Origin: a virus
Taxonomy: Duplodnaviria; Caudoviricetes
IMG/VR virus record: IMGVR_UViG_3300031621_000741
Coordinates: 1 to 31,711 of that record
Length of the DNA stretch: 31,711 nt
Direction: 5' to 3' (one strand)
Both the position numbers and the translations under genes were made by a program. Shown here piece after piece: positions 15,409 to 24,417 of this stretch (position 1 is the first letter of the stretch; each line of letters begins with the position of its first letter). A model generated the notes under the pieces. That model was not told the origin of the DNA and did no database searches. It saw only the letters and a program-made list of their open reading frames with translations.

Positions 15409-17810
15409 TTCTTTTTTCCTGATTTCATATTAGCACACCAGTGATACATTTTAGCCTTCTCACCACTTGCATTTTTAGCACGTTTGCGTAACTGTGTTAC
15501 TGTGCCATTACAACTAGCACCCGACTTCTTTACTCTACCAGGTCTGCTTTTGCCTTTTTTCTTACCGTCAGCAAAGTTTTCAGGTACTGGTTCATATCCA
15601 GGCTCGTCTTTTTCCTTTGGATTAACAAGTAAAAAGTTTGTAGTACTTCCGGCATGTATAGATTTCTTTGTAAGTCTAAATCCTATTGCTGCTGCAAACT
15701 GTTTTCCAAATCTCTGATACAGTCGTTCTCGTCCTCCAGCATTTTCTTTACTTGCTGAAAACTCTATAGATTTTACAGGGTAATAAGTGAAATTATGGCT
15801 CATCTCTTTCCACCAGTCTTTAATAATTGCAATTACTGTAGCAAATATCTGATGTGCTCGGCCGCCACCGGTTGTGATGATTTCGCCATCTACTCTAAAT
15901 TCAATCTCCCAATTACCATCTTCGTGAAAATCATTAATGAAGACTTGAAGTGTAGGTGCACCACGCACTGCACTTTTGCCTTCAAAATTAAATTCACTAG
16001 AATGGGCGATAGTATAAGGAAGTACACTATCCAATGACTCAGTAACGTCATCTGTTAATTTTTTCCTACGTCTGCGTCCTGAAGCTTTTGCTGCTTTATA
16101 ACTTTTTTTATATTTTTTAGACTTTAATTTTTCGTCAATCTTTTGAGTACTTTCGCCGAGCAGTTGATCTTTTGTAGCTTTATATCCACTTTGTTTCCAT
16201 TTTTGTTTTAATAAATTTAATTTTTTACCTAAGTCTGGGCCTTTTTTAAATCCAGCTTGTATAAGATCATTTCCATTAACTGGAAATACTGGTGCTTCAA
16301 AACTTTTAATATGGTTAGCAAAAATTTCGTACTTGCCTAACATTTGAGCCCATCTATACAGTAGTATTTTTGGAGTTCCATCAACTATCATATCTGACAG
16401 TATTTTTTCGTCTATAGGCGAATTTGCATGTTCAACTAAAAATTTAAGTATATTATTGTCAACATTACTAAGTTTCCAACGTTTGCCGATACTAGCATCG
16501 CCTAGTCTTGCAAGATTTACTAATTCGTAGTCGCCGTCAACCATTGCACTAATATTTTTATTAGATAATCCTATTGTTTTTAAAATTCCTGTACTAAACA
16601 TTGCTGTTAGTATTTTTGCAATATTATTTCCAGATAAAATTTTACCCATTTCCATCCACACACGCTCAACACTTACTTTTGTAAGTCCTGTGGCGTTAGC
16701 TTTTATTGCTTGTAGTGTTTCTTTTTCAAATTTAGGATTATCAAGTCTACCTTGGAATCTAAAGTAGCGTAGTATACGCAAGTAATCTTCTTGTATACGC
16801 TCAGCAGGATCACCAACAAAGCGACTTACTTTATTTTGCAGGTCGTCCATGCCGTTGTGGTAATCAAATAAGTTTCCGTCAAAGTCCATACTCATAGCAT
16901 TATATGTTAGGTCTCTGCGTAGTGCATCCTGTTCCCATGAACGCACAAATTCTACTGTAGCATGTCTGCCATCTGTTTCAGCATCAGAACGTAACGTGGT
17001 TATTTCAAATTCTTCACCGTTGATTATAGCAGTAATAGTACCATGTTCAATTCCTGAGGGTATGTGCTTGATACCAGCACTATCAAACATTTTCTGCATC
17101 TCTACAGGAGTTGCATCAGTGGCAAGATCGATATCCTTTGGTGCTTTGTTTAGTACAACATCTCTAACAGCACCGCCTACAATTCTTATTTCAAATTTAT
17201 TCTTAGTAAATAGTTTGTTTAGCTGTTGCATTTCAGAAGTAATAGGTATTTTATACTCTTCACTTTCGTTAATGTTTTCTTTAATCTCGTATTTGTCTTT
17301 GTACATTTTCTCAATCTTACGACCTTCAAGTCCATAAACTCTTCCAATTTCAAATGCATAATGACCAATACTATGTCTATCGCCATGTTTTTGTACAAGC
17401 TTGTGAATAGATTCTAACATACTTTCTATAAAATCTTGATACTGTTTTTTTCTAATTCTTTGTAAAATTTCATCTTTTGTGGCCTCAGATACAGTTTTGT
17501 GTTGCGATTCGCTTGTGACTTTATTTGCTGCTTTTTCAGCATGTGGACCTTGTGGATGTTTAGGATTAATGTGTACAACATCTCCGTTCATCATATCACT
17601 TACACTAGCACTGCGTCCTACTTTATCTAATAACTGGTGTAGTGGATCATTGTCATCATACCCATCAGTTTCGTACCCTAATTTACCTCTAACTTCGCTG
17701 CGCCTACCTGTTTTAGTATCTTTAACATGTAATACCAGCATGTCAGCACTGCGGTCACGCTCGAGGCGAAGCATATATCCTTCTTGTAGGGTAACATCGT
17801 TAATCTTCAT
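15405..17810 (-). CDS. multidomain protein containing a class II CCA-adding enzyme (tRNA nucleotidyltransferase) at about aa 185-553
   Basis: VGGAVRD, KDIDLAT (DxD), EITTLR, ETDGRHA loop, DALRRDLTYNAM, EDYLRILRYFRF (EDxxR), ERVWME, plus extra N- and C-terminal modules. Confidence 0.92.
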   Translation of the reverse strand: MKINDVTLQEGYMLRLERDRSADMLVLHVKDTKTGRRSEVRGKLGYETDGYDDNDPLHQLLDKVGRSASVSDMMNGDVVHINPKHPQGPHAEKAANKVTSESQHKTVSEATKDEILQRIRKKQYQDFIESMLESIHKLVQKHGDRHSIGHYAFEIGRVYGLEGRKIEKMYKDKYEIKENINESEEYKIPITSEMQQLNKLFTKNKFEIRIVGGAVRDVVLNKAPKDIDLATDATPVEMQKMFDSAGIKHIPSGIEHGTITAIINGEEFEITTLRSDAETDGRHATVEFVRSWEQDALRRDLTYNAMSMDFDGNLFDYHNGMDDLQNKVSRFVGDPAERIQEDYLRILRYFRFQGRLDNPKFEKETLQAIKANATGLTKVSVERVWMEMGKILSGNNIAKILTAMFSTGILKTIGLSNKNISAMVDGDYELVNLARLGDASIGKRWKLSNVDNNILKFLVEHANSPIDEKILSDMIVDGTPKILLYRWAQMLGKYEIFANHIKSFEAPVFPVNGNDLIQAGFKKGPDLGKKLNLLKQKWKQSGYKATKDQLLGESTQKIDEKLKSKKYKKSYKAAKASGRRRRKKLTDDVTESLDSVLPYTIAHSSEFNFEGKSAVRGAPTLQVFINDFHEDGNWEIEFRVDGEIITTGGGRAHQIFATVIAIIKDWWKEMSHNFTYYPVKSIEFSASKENAGGRERLYQRFGKQFAAAIGFRLTKKSIHAGSTTNFLLVNPKEKDEPGYEPVPENFADGKKKGKSRPGRVKKSGASCNGTVTQLRKRAKNASGEKAKMYHWCANMKSGKKK

Positions 17811-17814
17811 AATG

Positions 17815-17822
17815 TATTTATT
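17815..17822 (-). promoter_or_regulatory. late-promoter-like AATAAATA
   Basis: TAAATA core 4 nt upstream of ATG 17810 in a short intergenic gap; no SD. Confidence 0.45.
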
Positions 17823-17840
17823 CAGAAAAGATCTTTGTTG

Positions 17841-18512
17841 TTAATTTCTGTTAGGATTAACTCCTAGCGCAGGAACACCTAGTCTTAGTGCATCGTTTGG
17901 AGCATCTGCAACACTGTGAAATTCTAATGGAAATATATAGTTACCATCTTTATCACTTCGTACACTTCCGATTACATAACGTCCATGCCTTATTAGATCT
18001 AACGATGATATACTTCTTGCTGGCATCGCAAATACTGCGCCAGTGAATGACATTCCTGTATCATTACGCATTTTTTTATACACAACTTTTTTAAATCCTA
18101 AATCCGTTGCATCAGCACCCCATTCTTCATTGGCTATTACAAATGAAGGACCTTGATCTAGTTTGGCATAAAATGTATCTCCATACTCAGACCTTGTTGA
18201 AGCTTCAAGTTCTTGTCGAATAAAATCAACATTAATATTGATAGTTGCATTTGAACTAATTCTTTCGGCGTTAGATACAATCTGGTCGATCTTTTCCTTA
18301 GTCATATTAACGGCGTCTTGCTTGGATTTACCTTCACCTCTTAGATCACCGTATTCGTTTTCACCACGCATAGGTGCTGAAGTAAACACGCCACGTTGAT
18401 TTGGCTCTTTATTAATAAAGATGTCATAGCCTTGATAGGTTGTTGCTTTTTCGTGTGTTCTGCTTCTGCGTACATTAAATTCGTCTAGCTGTACAATTTC
18501 ATTCATCTTCAT
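17841..18512 (-). CDS. hypothetical protein (MKMNEIVQLDE leader)
   Basis: AGGAG SD, ATGA overlap with the upstream gene. Confidence 0.75.
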   Translation of the reverse strand: MKMNEIVQLDEFNVRRSRTHEKATTYQGYDIFINKEPNQRGVFTSAPMRGENEYGDLRGEGKSKQDAVNMTKEKIDQIVSNAERISSNATININVDFIRQELEASTRSEYGDTFYAKLDQGPSFVIANEEWGADATDLGFKKVVYKKMRNDTGMSFTGAVFAMPARSISSLDLIRHGRYVIGSVRSDKDGNYIFPLEFHSVADAPNDALRLGVPALGVNPNRN

Positions 18513-19291
18513 TTTGTTTCTCCTTGTTTTTTCATTAATTCTCTTGCATCAGCTGAAAGTGAAATATGATCTTGTTGTTTATATCGTGTGGGCGCCGGTG
18601 ATGCCGTTTTTTTCTTAACTGGAAATATTGGGTTAGCTTTTCTATCCGATGTACGAGTAACTGGTTTTACTTTTTTTGTACCTAAAATACTTTCATCCAT
18701 TGAAGCAACTCCTTTGCCCATTGCAAGATATTTTTTAACTATATCAAAATATAAATTTCCATTAATTTCTGCATCTATATCAACGCCTGACAATTTGGCA
18801 AATTCTTTAGGATTATTATTTTTTACTGCCATACGTAAGTCAGATGCACTGGTAATCCTAGGAGTAGGTATGTGTTGAATTTTAGAAAATTCATAATAAC
18901 CATGCCGACCTTCAGATCCGTTGTATCTTTCAAGAGTGTTTATTACCCATGACTCGTCTGTGTATACTTTTAAATTAACCTGTCCATGATCATTGTATAA
19001 TTTACTAGCTAAAGAAAACCAACTTTCGTGTGGCACAATATGACTAGCAACTTCGGGCATTATTAATTTCATTGCTTGAATTTTAATATTATATGGAAGA
19101 GGGTCTTTGTTTTCGCTGCCTTTACCAGTGTGTGTTTTTGGGCCAACCATTTCTGGATTAGTGCCTACATACCATGCATTATTTTTAGCAGCCATTTGCC
19201 ATGCTGCTTTATGTCCTTTGTGTGGAGGATTAAACCTTCCAAATATAAGACCTACACTGTTAGTTGATTCAAACAACTGTCTAAGCTTCAT
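18509..19291 (-). CDS. HIGH-superfamily nucleotidyltransferase (cytidyltransferase/NMNAT-like) with MKLRQLFE leader
   Basis: FGRFNPPHKGH, KDPL, RITSASDLR. Start moved to ATG 19291, which overlaps the upstream TGA. Confidence 0.82.
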   Translation of the reverse strand: MKLRQLFESTNSVGLIFGRFNPPHKGHKAAWQMAAKNNAWYVGTNPEMVGPKTHTGKGSENKDPLPYNIKIQAMKLIMPEVASHIVPHESWFSLASKLYNDHGQVNLKVYTDESWVINTLERYNGSEGRHGYYEFSKIQHIPTPRITSASDLRMAVKNNNPKEFAKLSGVDIDAEINGNLYFDIVKKYLAMGKGVASMDESILGTKKVKPVTRTSDRKANPIFPVKKKTASPAPTRYKQQDHISLSADARELMKKQGETK

Positions 19292-20427
19292 TGTGGCGTC
19301 CACCTTTTTCTTGGGACAAGTTTAATATTGCCAAATTGTTTAGTATTGTCAGCATATCTTACTCGTCCTTCGCCATTAGTATCCCAAATATCACCTTGTT
19401 CGCCTTCTATTTGATCTATGACATTGTCTTTAGCATCTTGTATCTGTTTAACTAACGAAAAAATTATAGATAGCGGATCATTGTGTGTTGTACTATTTAG
19501 CTGTATTATTTTCTCTTGTTTTGGCTTACTAACCTTACTACCGCTTAGCCATTTTAAAAAGTCTTTTGTTCCTAGTCTATCAAGATATTTTAACTTTGCA
19601 GTTTGATTTACATAGGTATATATAATCTTCTTTAGATCACTTAGTCCTTTTACACCTTCTAGGAATCCATTTATTGCTTGATGATTGGCTTTTGCATATT
19701 GTTCAATGTCTTGTAGTTGACTAGTGTTAATTTCAATAGGTCTACTATTATATATAGGCTCTAACACAATTATTTTACTATTTGTATTAAATTCTGAAAA
19801 ATTGTTTTTTGGTTGTTGTGCTGAATCAGGCAAGCCCCACTGAGAAAATTCAGCATGACCAACTACCATTATTTGTGCTTTGGATATGCGCTTGCCTAGC
19901 TCGCTGGACGACTTTACATGATATGCAGTTTCTGATCTTGGATTAGGAGAAAATGTATATACCCCGTCAACAGCAGCCTGTGGCTGTGTAAACAGTCCGT
20001 CACCGTATACAAATCCCTGATAATCTTTTGGAGTTGCAGCATTAAACAGTGGATACATGTTTGCAAAATCTTTTGCAAATTTTACACGTTGTTGTTTTTC
20101 TTCTGGAGTCTTTGGATTACCTGATTGGTTTGCTATAAAATCTTTGATAGCGTTAGGACTATCGCCTAGTACTCCTCGTGACCATTGATTGTGGCCTCCT
20201 AGTATTAGTGGACCGCCTGCACGTTCTCTGCCCCAGTATATTTGAGGATTGCCGTCCCATTTCATTCTAATTGAACGTGAACCTTTACTATCGGCAAAGT
20301 CTTTTAGATGTTCAACAGCTTCAATAGCACCTTGGGCACCATGAAAGAATACAAGATCTTCTAAATGATTAAAAGCTCTGCCTTGTTGTTTCGATTCCGA
20401 AATAATGCTGAATTCGGAGAAGCGCAT
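19288..20427 (-). CDS. ATP-dependent ligase/capping-superfamily protein (RNA-ligase-like; resembles DUF6267) with MRFSEF...ISE leader
   Basis: Motif I KWDG, motif III-like FVYGD, motif IV EGRV, motif V IKLV; no C-terminal OB domain. Confidence 0.6.
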   Translation of the reverse strand: MRFSEFSIISESKQQGRAFNHLEDLVFFHGAQGAIEAVEHLKDFADSKGSRSIRMKWDGNPQIYWGRERAGGPLILGGHNQWSRGVLGDSPNAIKDFIANQSGNPKTPEEKQQRVKFAKDFANMYPLFNAATPKDYQGFVYGDGLFTQPQAAVDGVYTFSPNPRSETAYHVKSSSELGKRISKAQIMVVGHAEFSQWGLPDSAQQPKNNFSEFNTNSKIIVLEPIYNSRPIEINTSQLQDIEQYAKANHQAINGFLEGVKGLSDLKKIIYTYVNQTAKLKYLDRLGTKDFLKWLSGSKVSKPKQEKIIQLNSTTHNDPLSIIFSLVKQIQDAKDNVIDQIEGEQGDIWDTNGEGRVRYADNTKQFGNIKLVPRKRWTPQ

Positions 20428-20429
20428 AA

Positions 20430-20780
20430 TTAGTATACCTTATTGCGAAAGTTTTCAATTTCATCGTTTAGTATTTTACTTATACACTCTTTCTTATCAG
20501 AGTTCAAGAGAAATTCTTCAGGTAATCTATTAATTTCGTATTTTTTTAAATATGATTCTACAGCAGAATCAACAATTGGAATCATATTTCTTTTATTATA
20601 TTTTTTACCATCTTGTACACAATTTTGTACATTTAATAGTTCAGGATACAATGATTGTCTATAAAAATCTGGATCATTTTTCATATAGATTATAAGGTCT
20701 TCAACTTCATTAAACGGAAGTTCATCGCCCATTCTTAAGTCGTCAGTTGACCGATTATCAAAAATTTCATTTATTTTCAT
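20430..20780 (-). CDS. hypothetical protein (MKINEIFD leader)
   Basis: 116 aa helical protein with DLIIYMKNDPDFYR. Confidence 0.75.
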   Translation of the reverse strand: MKINEIFDNRSTDDLRMGDELPFNEVEDLIIYMKNDPDFYRQSLYPELLNVQNCVQDGKKYNKRNMIPIVDSAVESYLKKYEINRLPEEFLLNSDKKECISKILNDEIENFRNKVY

Positions 20781-20781
20781 T

Positions 20782-23472
20782 TTATCTCTTCTTACCTAAT
20801 TTAGCAATAGCATTTGCTATTGATCCTGAAAACTTTATTCCTGATTCTTTGTACATACTTTGCCTAACTACAGTACCGGCTTTTGGTTTCCAGTTTCCAC
20901 TATTTGTACCTACTCCGGCGCCTGTATTCACATTATCATTACGTCCTTGTACATTAGATGATGCGCTACTTCTTCTTTGCAAAGCTGCCTTTGCTTGTCG
21001 TTTACGTAATTGTTCTGCCTTGCGTTGTTCAGCTGATTTATTAAGTTCTGCTGTTTTTGCAGCAATAGCAGTATCAACTCCGCCACGGTTACCAGCTGTG
21101 CCAGCATTGGCAGCTGCGCCACCGGTAGTGGTTATAGTTTGATCAGGTGCACCACTTAGTTTATCACTAACATCACCTTTGGTTTTTTGAAACTGTGCTT
21201 GTGTTGCTGCGGCATCGGCATCTTGTGCTGCTCTAGTTGCGGCTGCTGCCTTTTCTGCATCACTATCCTGACCAACTACATTACCTCGAGACTGTGCTGT
21301 ACTTATTACATCAGATGCAGCCCCGATACCAGCGTCAGTTGAATCAACTGGCGCAACTGTTTTTACAGTTTGATCAGGTGCATTTTTTAGCTTATCACTA
21401 ACATCACCTTTGGTTTTTTGAAACTGTGCTTGTGTTGCTGCTGAACTTGCATCTTGTTTTGCTTTTAAATCGGCTGCTGCTTTTTCAGCATCACTTTGTA
21501 CACCAGTTACATTACCTGCTGCCATAGATTTGTTTACATTATCAGTTGCAGCATCGATGCCAGCGTCAGTTGAAACTACTGGAGCAGTTGTGGTTACAGT
21601 TTGATCAGGTTCAGGATCGCCTGTAGCCGCACCTGCTGCTGCACCTGCTGCTGCTGGTGCTTTGCCGCCTTTTGCTGATCCTGCTGCTTTTGTTTGTGCG
21701 GCTGTTGCAGCAATTTCTGCATCTTGGTCAATAGGTTCAGGACTAGCTTTATTCATAGATGCTAGTGTATTTGGACCTGCATCGCCATCAGCTGAAAGGC
21801 CGTATGCTTGCTGCATTGCTTTTACTGCTCTTGCTGTGCCTTTGCCATACCATCCGTCAGCTTTGCCTGCATCAAACCCGTTGTTGTTGAGCCATTGTTG
21901 CATTTGTTTAACTGCTGGAAGTTTTCTTTTGCCACCGCCGCTTGCTCTCCACAAGCTAGTAGAAGTATCAAATGTTGCTTCGTTCATCATGTTGATAATA
22001 TCGTTTGCTAATGACTCTTGTTTGGTTCTGTTAATATATTTCTGTGCAGCGTTGCCTGAGACCGTTGGGTTTGTTGGCAGTTGACTAGGAGGTGCTAGGC
22101 CTTTAGGCGGTTGTGCAGTGTTTGCCTTAGGTGCTGCATTAGGTTTTACATTTGCCTTTGGTTGATCAGCTCTTGGTGTCTTTGGCCCCATCAATCTCTG
22201 TAGAATTTTAATATCAGCAGCAGTTAATACTTCACCAACTATTGGATAATCCGTCATTCCTGCCTTTTTCATTGCATCTACATGTGCCTGTGTTGCTAGT
22301 ACTTCGTTAGGTTTCTTAGTAGCCGCGGCACTAGTGGCCGGAACCTTGGGTGGATCAGCTCTTGGTACTGCTATACTACCATCGCCACCGTTGTTAGCAG
22401 GTTTAGGATCGCCGCCTGCTGTTGTCATAGCAGCAGGTGTAGGAAATGATGTTGTATAACGTTTTAATGCACTATTAATAACAGTATCTAATCCAGGATC
22501 GGCTCCTAAGGCTCCTTGAATTTTTTTATACAATGCCTTTAGTTCTGCCATTTCTTCTGCGTTGAGTTTTTCTGTTAGCAATGTATTTTCAACTATTGAA
22601 ATTAAATGTCTAAAATCAGTTCCAGCATTTTCAGGACTCTTAGTAAGTTTATCTAATAGTTCGTTAAATCTTTTTAAATTGTTAACAATAGACTCTGTTG
22701 TTCCAGCAGCAGCATCTGCAGCATCAAGAGCAGCCCCGGCTACTGTTCCAACATCATCAGCTGCGCCTTTTTTAGCATTACCAACTGGATCTGTTGTTCC
22801 AGCAGCAGCAGGTTGGTCAAGTGGTATTCCTTGATTACTAAACAAAGGACCGTCTGTATTCGTCGGTAGTGCAGATTTATTTGCCATCGCCGACGGCATT
22901 GGCAAGAGTAACAAATTATCTTTATCTCTGTTACCAAAGTCGCTAATGAATACAACATCGTGTGTGTCTTTAAGCTCTTGTGCTTTTTCTGAAGAATATT
23001 TAAAAACATAGTTCTTGAGGTTACCTACTAGTAGTCTTGATACTTCTCTAGGTTGATCTACAGTTCCTCTGCCGTCAGTTGGAGCATCGGACATTGCATC
23101 TAGTCCATCAGTGTCTTGTTGATCTTCTGGATCTTGTGGGTTTGCTATTTCGTGCATTTTACTAAGAGTGTTAGTGCCTGCATCTCCGTCAACTTTTAAT
23201 CCATATTTTTTTTGAAAAGCCTGTATTGCTCGTGCAGTGCCTCTTCCGTACCACCCATCAACTTTGCCAGCATCAAATCCTTGATCATTAAGAAACTTCT
23301 GAACTTCTGCTACATCATCTAATTGTACTGAGCCTTTTTTACTCTTGGCCCAAAGACTTGGAGTATTAGGATCTACTCCAGTAATTTCTGTTAAACTACG
23401 TTTAGGTAACGAGTTAATGGCCGATAAACGATTGCCCATTTCTCTAATTTGTTCTGCTACTGATTTTACCAT
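20782..23472 (-). CDS. large Ala-rich protein with two peptidoglycan-binding (PG_binding_1) domains and 77-aa repeats
   Basis: VQKFLNDQGFDAGKVDGWYGRGTARAIQAFQKKYGLKVDGDAGTNT and a second copy MQQWLNNNGFDAGKADGWYGKGTARAVKAMQQAYGLSADGDAGPNT; no catalytic domain recognised. Confidence 0.85.
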   Translation of the reverse strand: MVKSVAEQIREMGNRLSAINSLPKRSLTEITGVDPNTPSLWAKSKKGSVQLDDVAEVQKFLNDQGFDAGKVDGWYGRGTARAIQAFQKKYGLKVDGDAGTNTLSKMHEIANPQDPEDQQDTDGLDAMSDAPTDGRGTVDQPREVSRLLVGNLKNYVFKYSSEKAQELKDTHDVVFISDFGNRDKDNLLLLPMPSAMANKSALPTNTDGPLFSNQGIPLDQPAAAGTTDPVGNAKKGAADDVGTVAGAALDAADAAAGTTESIVNNLKRFNELLDKLTKSPENAGTDFRHLISIVENTLLTEKLNAEEMAELKALYKKIQGALGADPGLDTVINSALKRYTTSFPTPAAMTTAGGDPKPANNGGDGSIAVPRADPPKVPATSAAATKKPNEVLATQAHVDAMKKAGMTDYPIVGEVLTAADIKILQRLMGPKTPRADQPKANVKPNAAPKANTAQPPKGLAPPSQLPTNPTVSGNAAQKYINRTKQESLANDIINMMNEATFDTSTSLWRASGGGKRKLPAVKQMQQWLNNNGFDAGKADGWYGKGTARAVKAMQQAYGLSADGDAGPNTLASMNKASPEPIDQDAEIAATAAQTKAAGSAKGGKAPAAAGAAAGAATGDPEPDQTVTTTAPVVSTDAGIDAATDNVNKSMAAGNVTGVQSDAEKAAADLKAKQDASSAATQAQFQKTKGDVSDKLKNAPDQTVKTVAPVDSTDAGIGAASDVISTAQSRGNVVGQDSDAEKAAAATRAAQDADAAATQAQFQKTKGDVSDKLSGAPDQTITTTGGAAANAGTAGNRGGVDTAIAAKTAELNKSAEQRKAEQLRKRQAKAALQRRSSASSNVQGRNDNVNTGAGVGTNSGNWKPKAGTVVRQSMYKESGIKFSGSIANAIAKLGKKR
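21136..21610. repeat. coding tandem repeat, 231 bp unit (77 aa), two copies plus a short third anchor
   Basis: AGTTTGATCAGGT at 21136, 21367 and 21598; identical 50 bp blocks at 21161-21210 and 21392-21441. Confidence 0.9.
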
Positions 23473-24035
23473 TTCCTACAACTCCAATATCTTGCTTTAT
23501 GCCTGGGCCCAGGATTATCACAATTATGTCTAGCACGGAAACTTCTTCGACGTGCTGGGTTTGACTTTTTAATCTTTACGCCTTTTTGTCCAAAATTAAC
23601 TTTTACTACATTACCATTTGGATTCTTTACATATACTTTAAATTTCTTAACATCGCCTGCCATAGGCTTGCCTAGTTTAACATTGCGACCTTGATACTCT
23701 GCTTCGTCTATTTGGTCATCTTCGTTGTACCACATAACGCCATAGTCTTCATAAAATTCATCATCATCTTCGTATGTGACTTCATCTGTTTCATCAAGTT
23801 CGTCGCCTGCACTTACTTCGATATCAAAGTCGCTATAACCAGCTTCAAACATCATATTTGCTAAGTTAGCAGCATACTCATCTGACTCGTGTTCACTTAA
23901 TTGTTTTGGTAGTTCAATTTGAAAAACAGTAGCACCTTGTGCCGACTCATAAATTGCTTGACTTTCAAAAATACTTTCGTCAAGCAATTTTGGCTCTTTT
24001 TGTTTTTCCATTACTACTCTAATAAAATGTTCCAT
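23466..24035 (-). CDS. hypothetical protein: acidic N-part plus basic C-terminal module (resembles DUF6321)
   Basis: IDE followed by AEYQGRNVKLGKP...RRRSFRARHNC...ARYWSCRKW. Confidence 0.8.
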   Translation of the reverse strand: MEHFIRVVMEKQKEPKLLDESIFESQAIYESAQGATVFQIELPKQLSEHESDEYAANLANMMFEAGYSDFDIEVSAGDELDETDEVTYEDDDEFYEDYGVMWYNEDDQIDEAEYQGRNVKLGKPMAGDVKKFKVYVKNPNGNVVKVNFGQKGVKIKKSNPARRRSFRARHNCDNPGPRHKARYWSCRKW

Positions 24036-24043
24036 AAAAATTC

Positions 24044-24409
24044 CTAATGATTTAATAATATACTATTTATAGTACCATCTGTCCAGTTAGTAATTTTTAT
24101 TCTAACCCAAACATAATTTCCAGTAAAATTATATATAAACGAACCGGTATTGTAAGTACTACTATCGTCAACACTTATCATTTGAGATGTAGTAATATTA
24201 AACCAATCTGCTTCAACTGGTGCATCAGCTAATGATGCCTGTGCGTCAATAGTTCCAATAAACCCAGTAACATTATATTGTACTGTGTGGAACCCGTCTG
24301 ACCGACTATAATAGCCGTCACCTTTAAACTTGGATCCAGACACTGTTGATACAGTACTATCGCCTGGATGTGTTTGATTTGATAAAATTATTTCACTAGT
24401 AGATGCCAT
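24044..24409 (-). CDS. hypothetical beta-rich protein, possibly a virion structural protein
   Basis: KGDGYYSRSDGFHTVQY...NFTGNYVWVR; TAAATA 5 nt upstream of the ATG. Confidence 0.75.
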   Translation of the reverse strand: MASTSEIILSNQTHPGDSTVSTVSGSKFKGDGYYSRSDGFHTVQYNVTGFIGTIDAQASLADAPVEADWFNITTSQMISVDDSSTYNTGSFIYNFTGNYVWVRIKITNWTDGTINSILLNH

Positions 24410-24417
24410 AATACTAT

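Noticed and set aside
21136-21610. Repeats as a CRISPR array or mobile-element ends
   Set aside because: The 231-bp period is a multiple of three, lies in frame within a CDS, and the intervening sequence is homologous rather than unique spacers.
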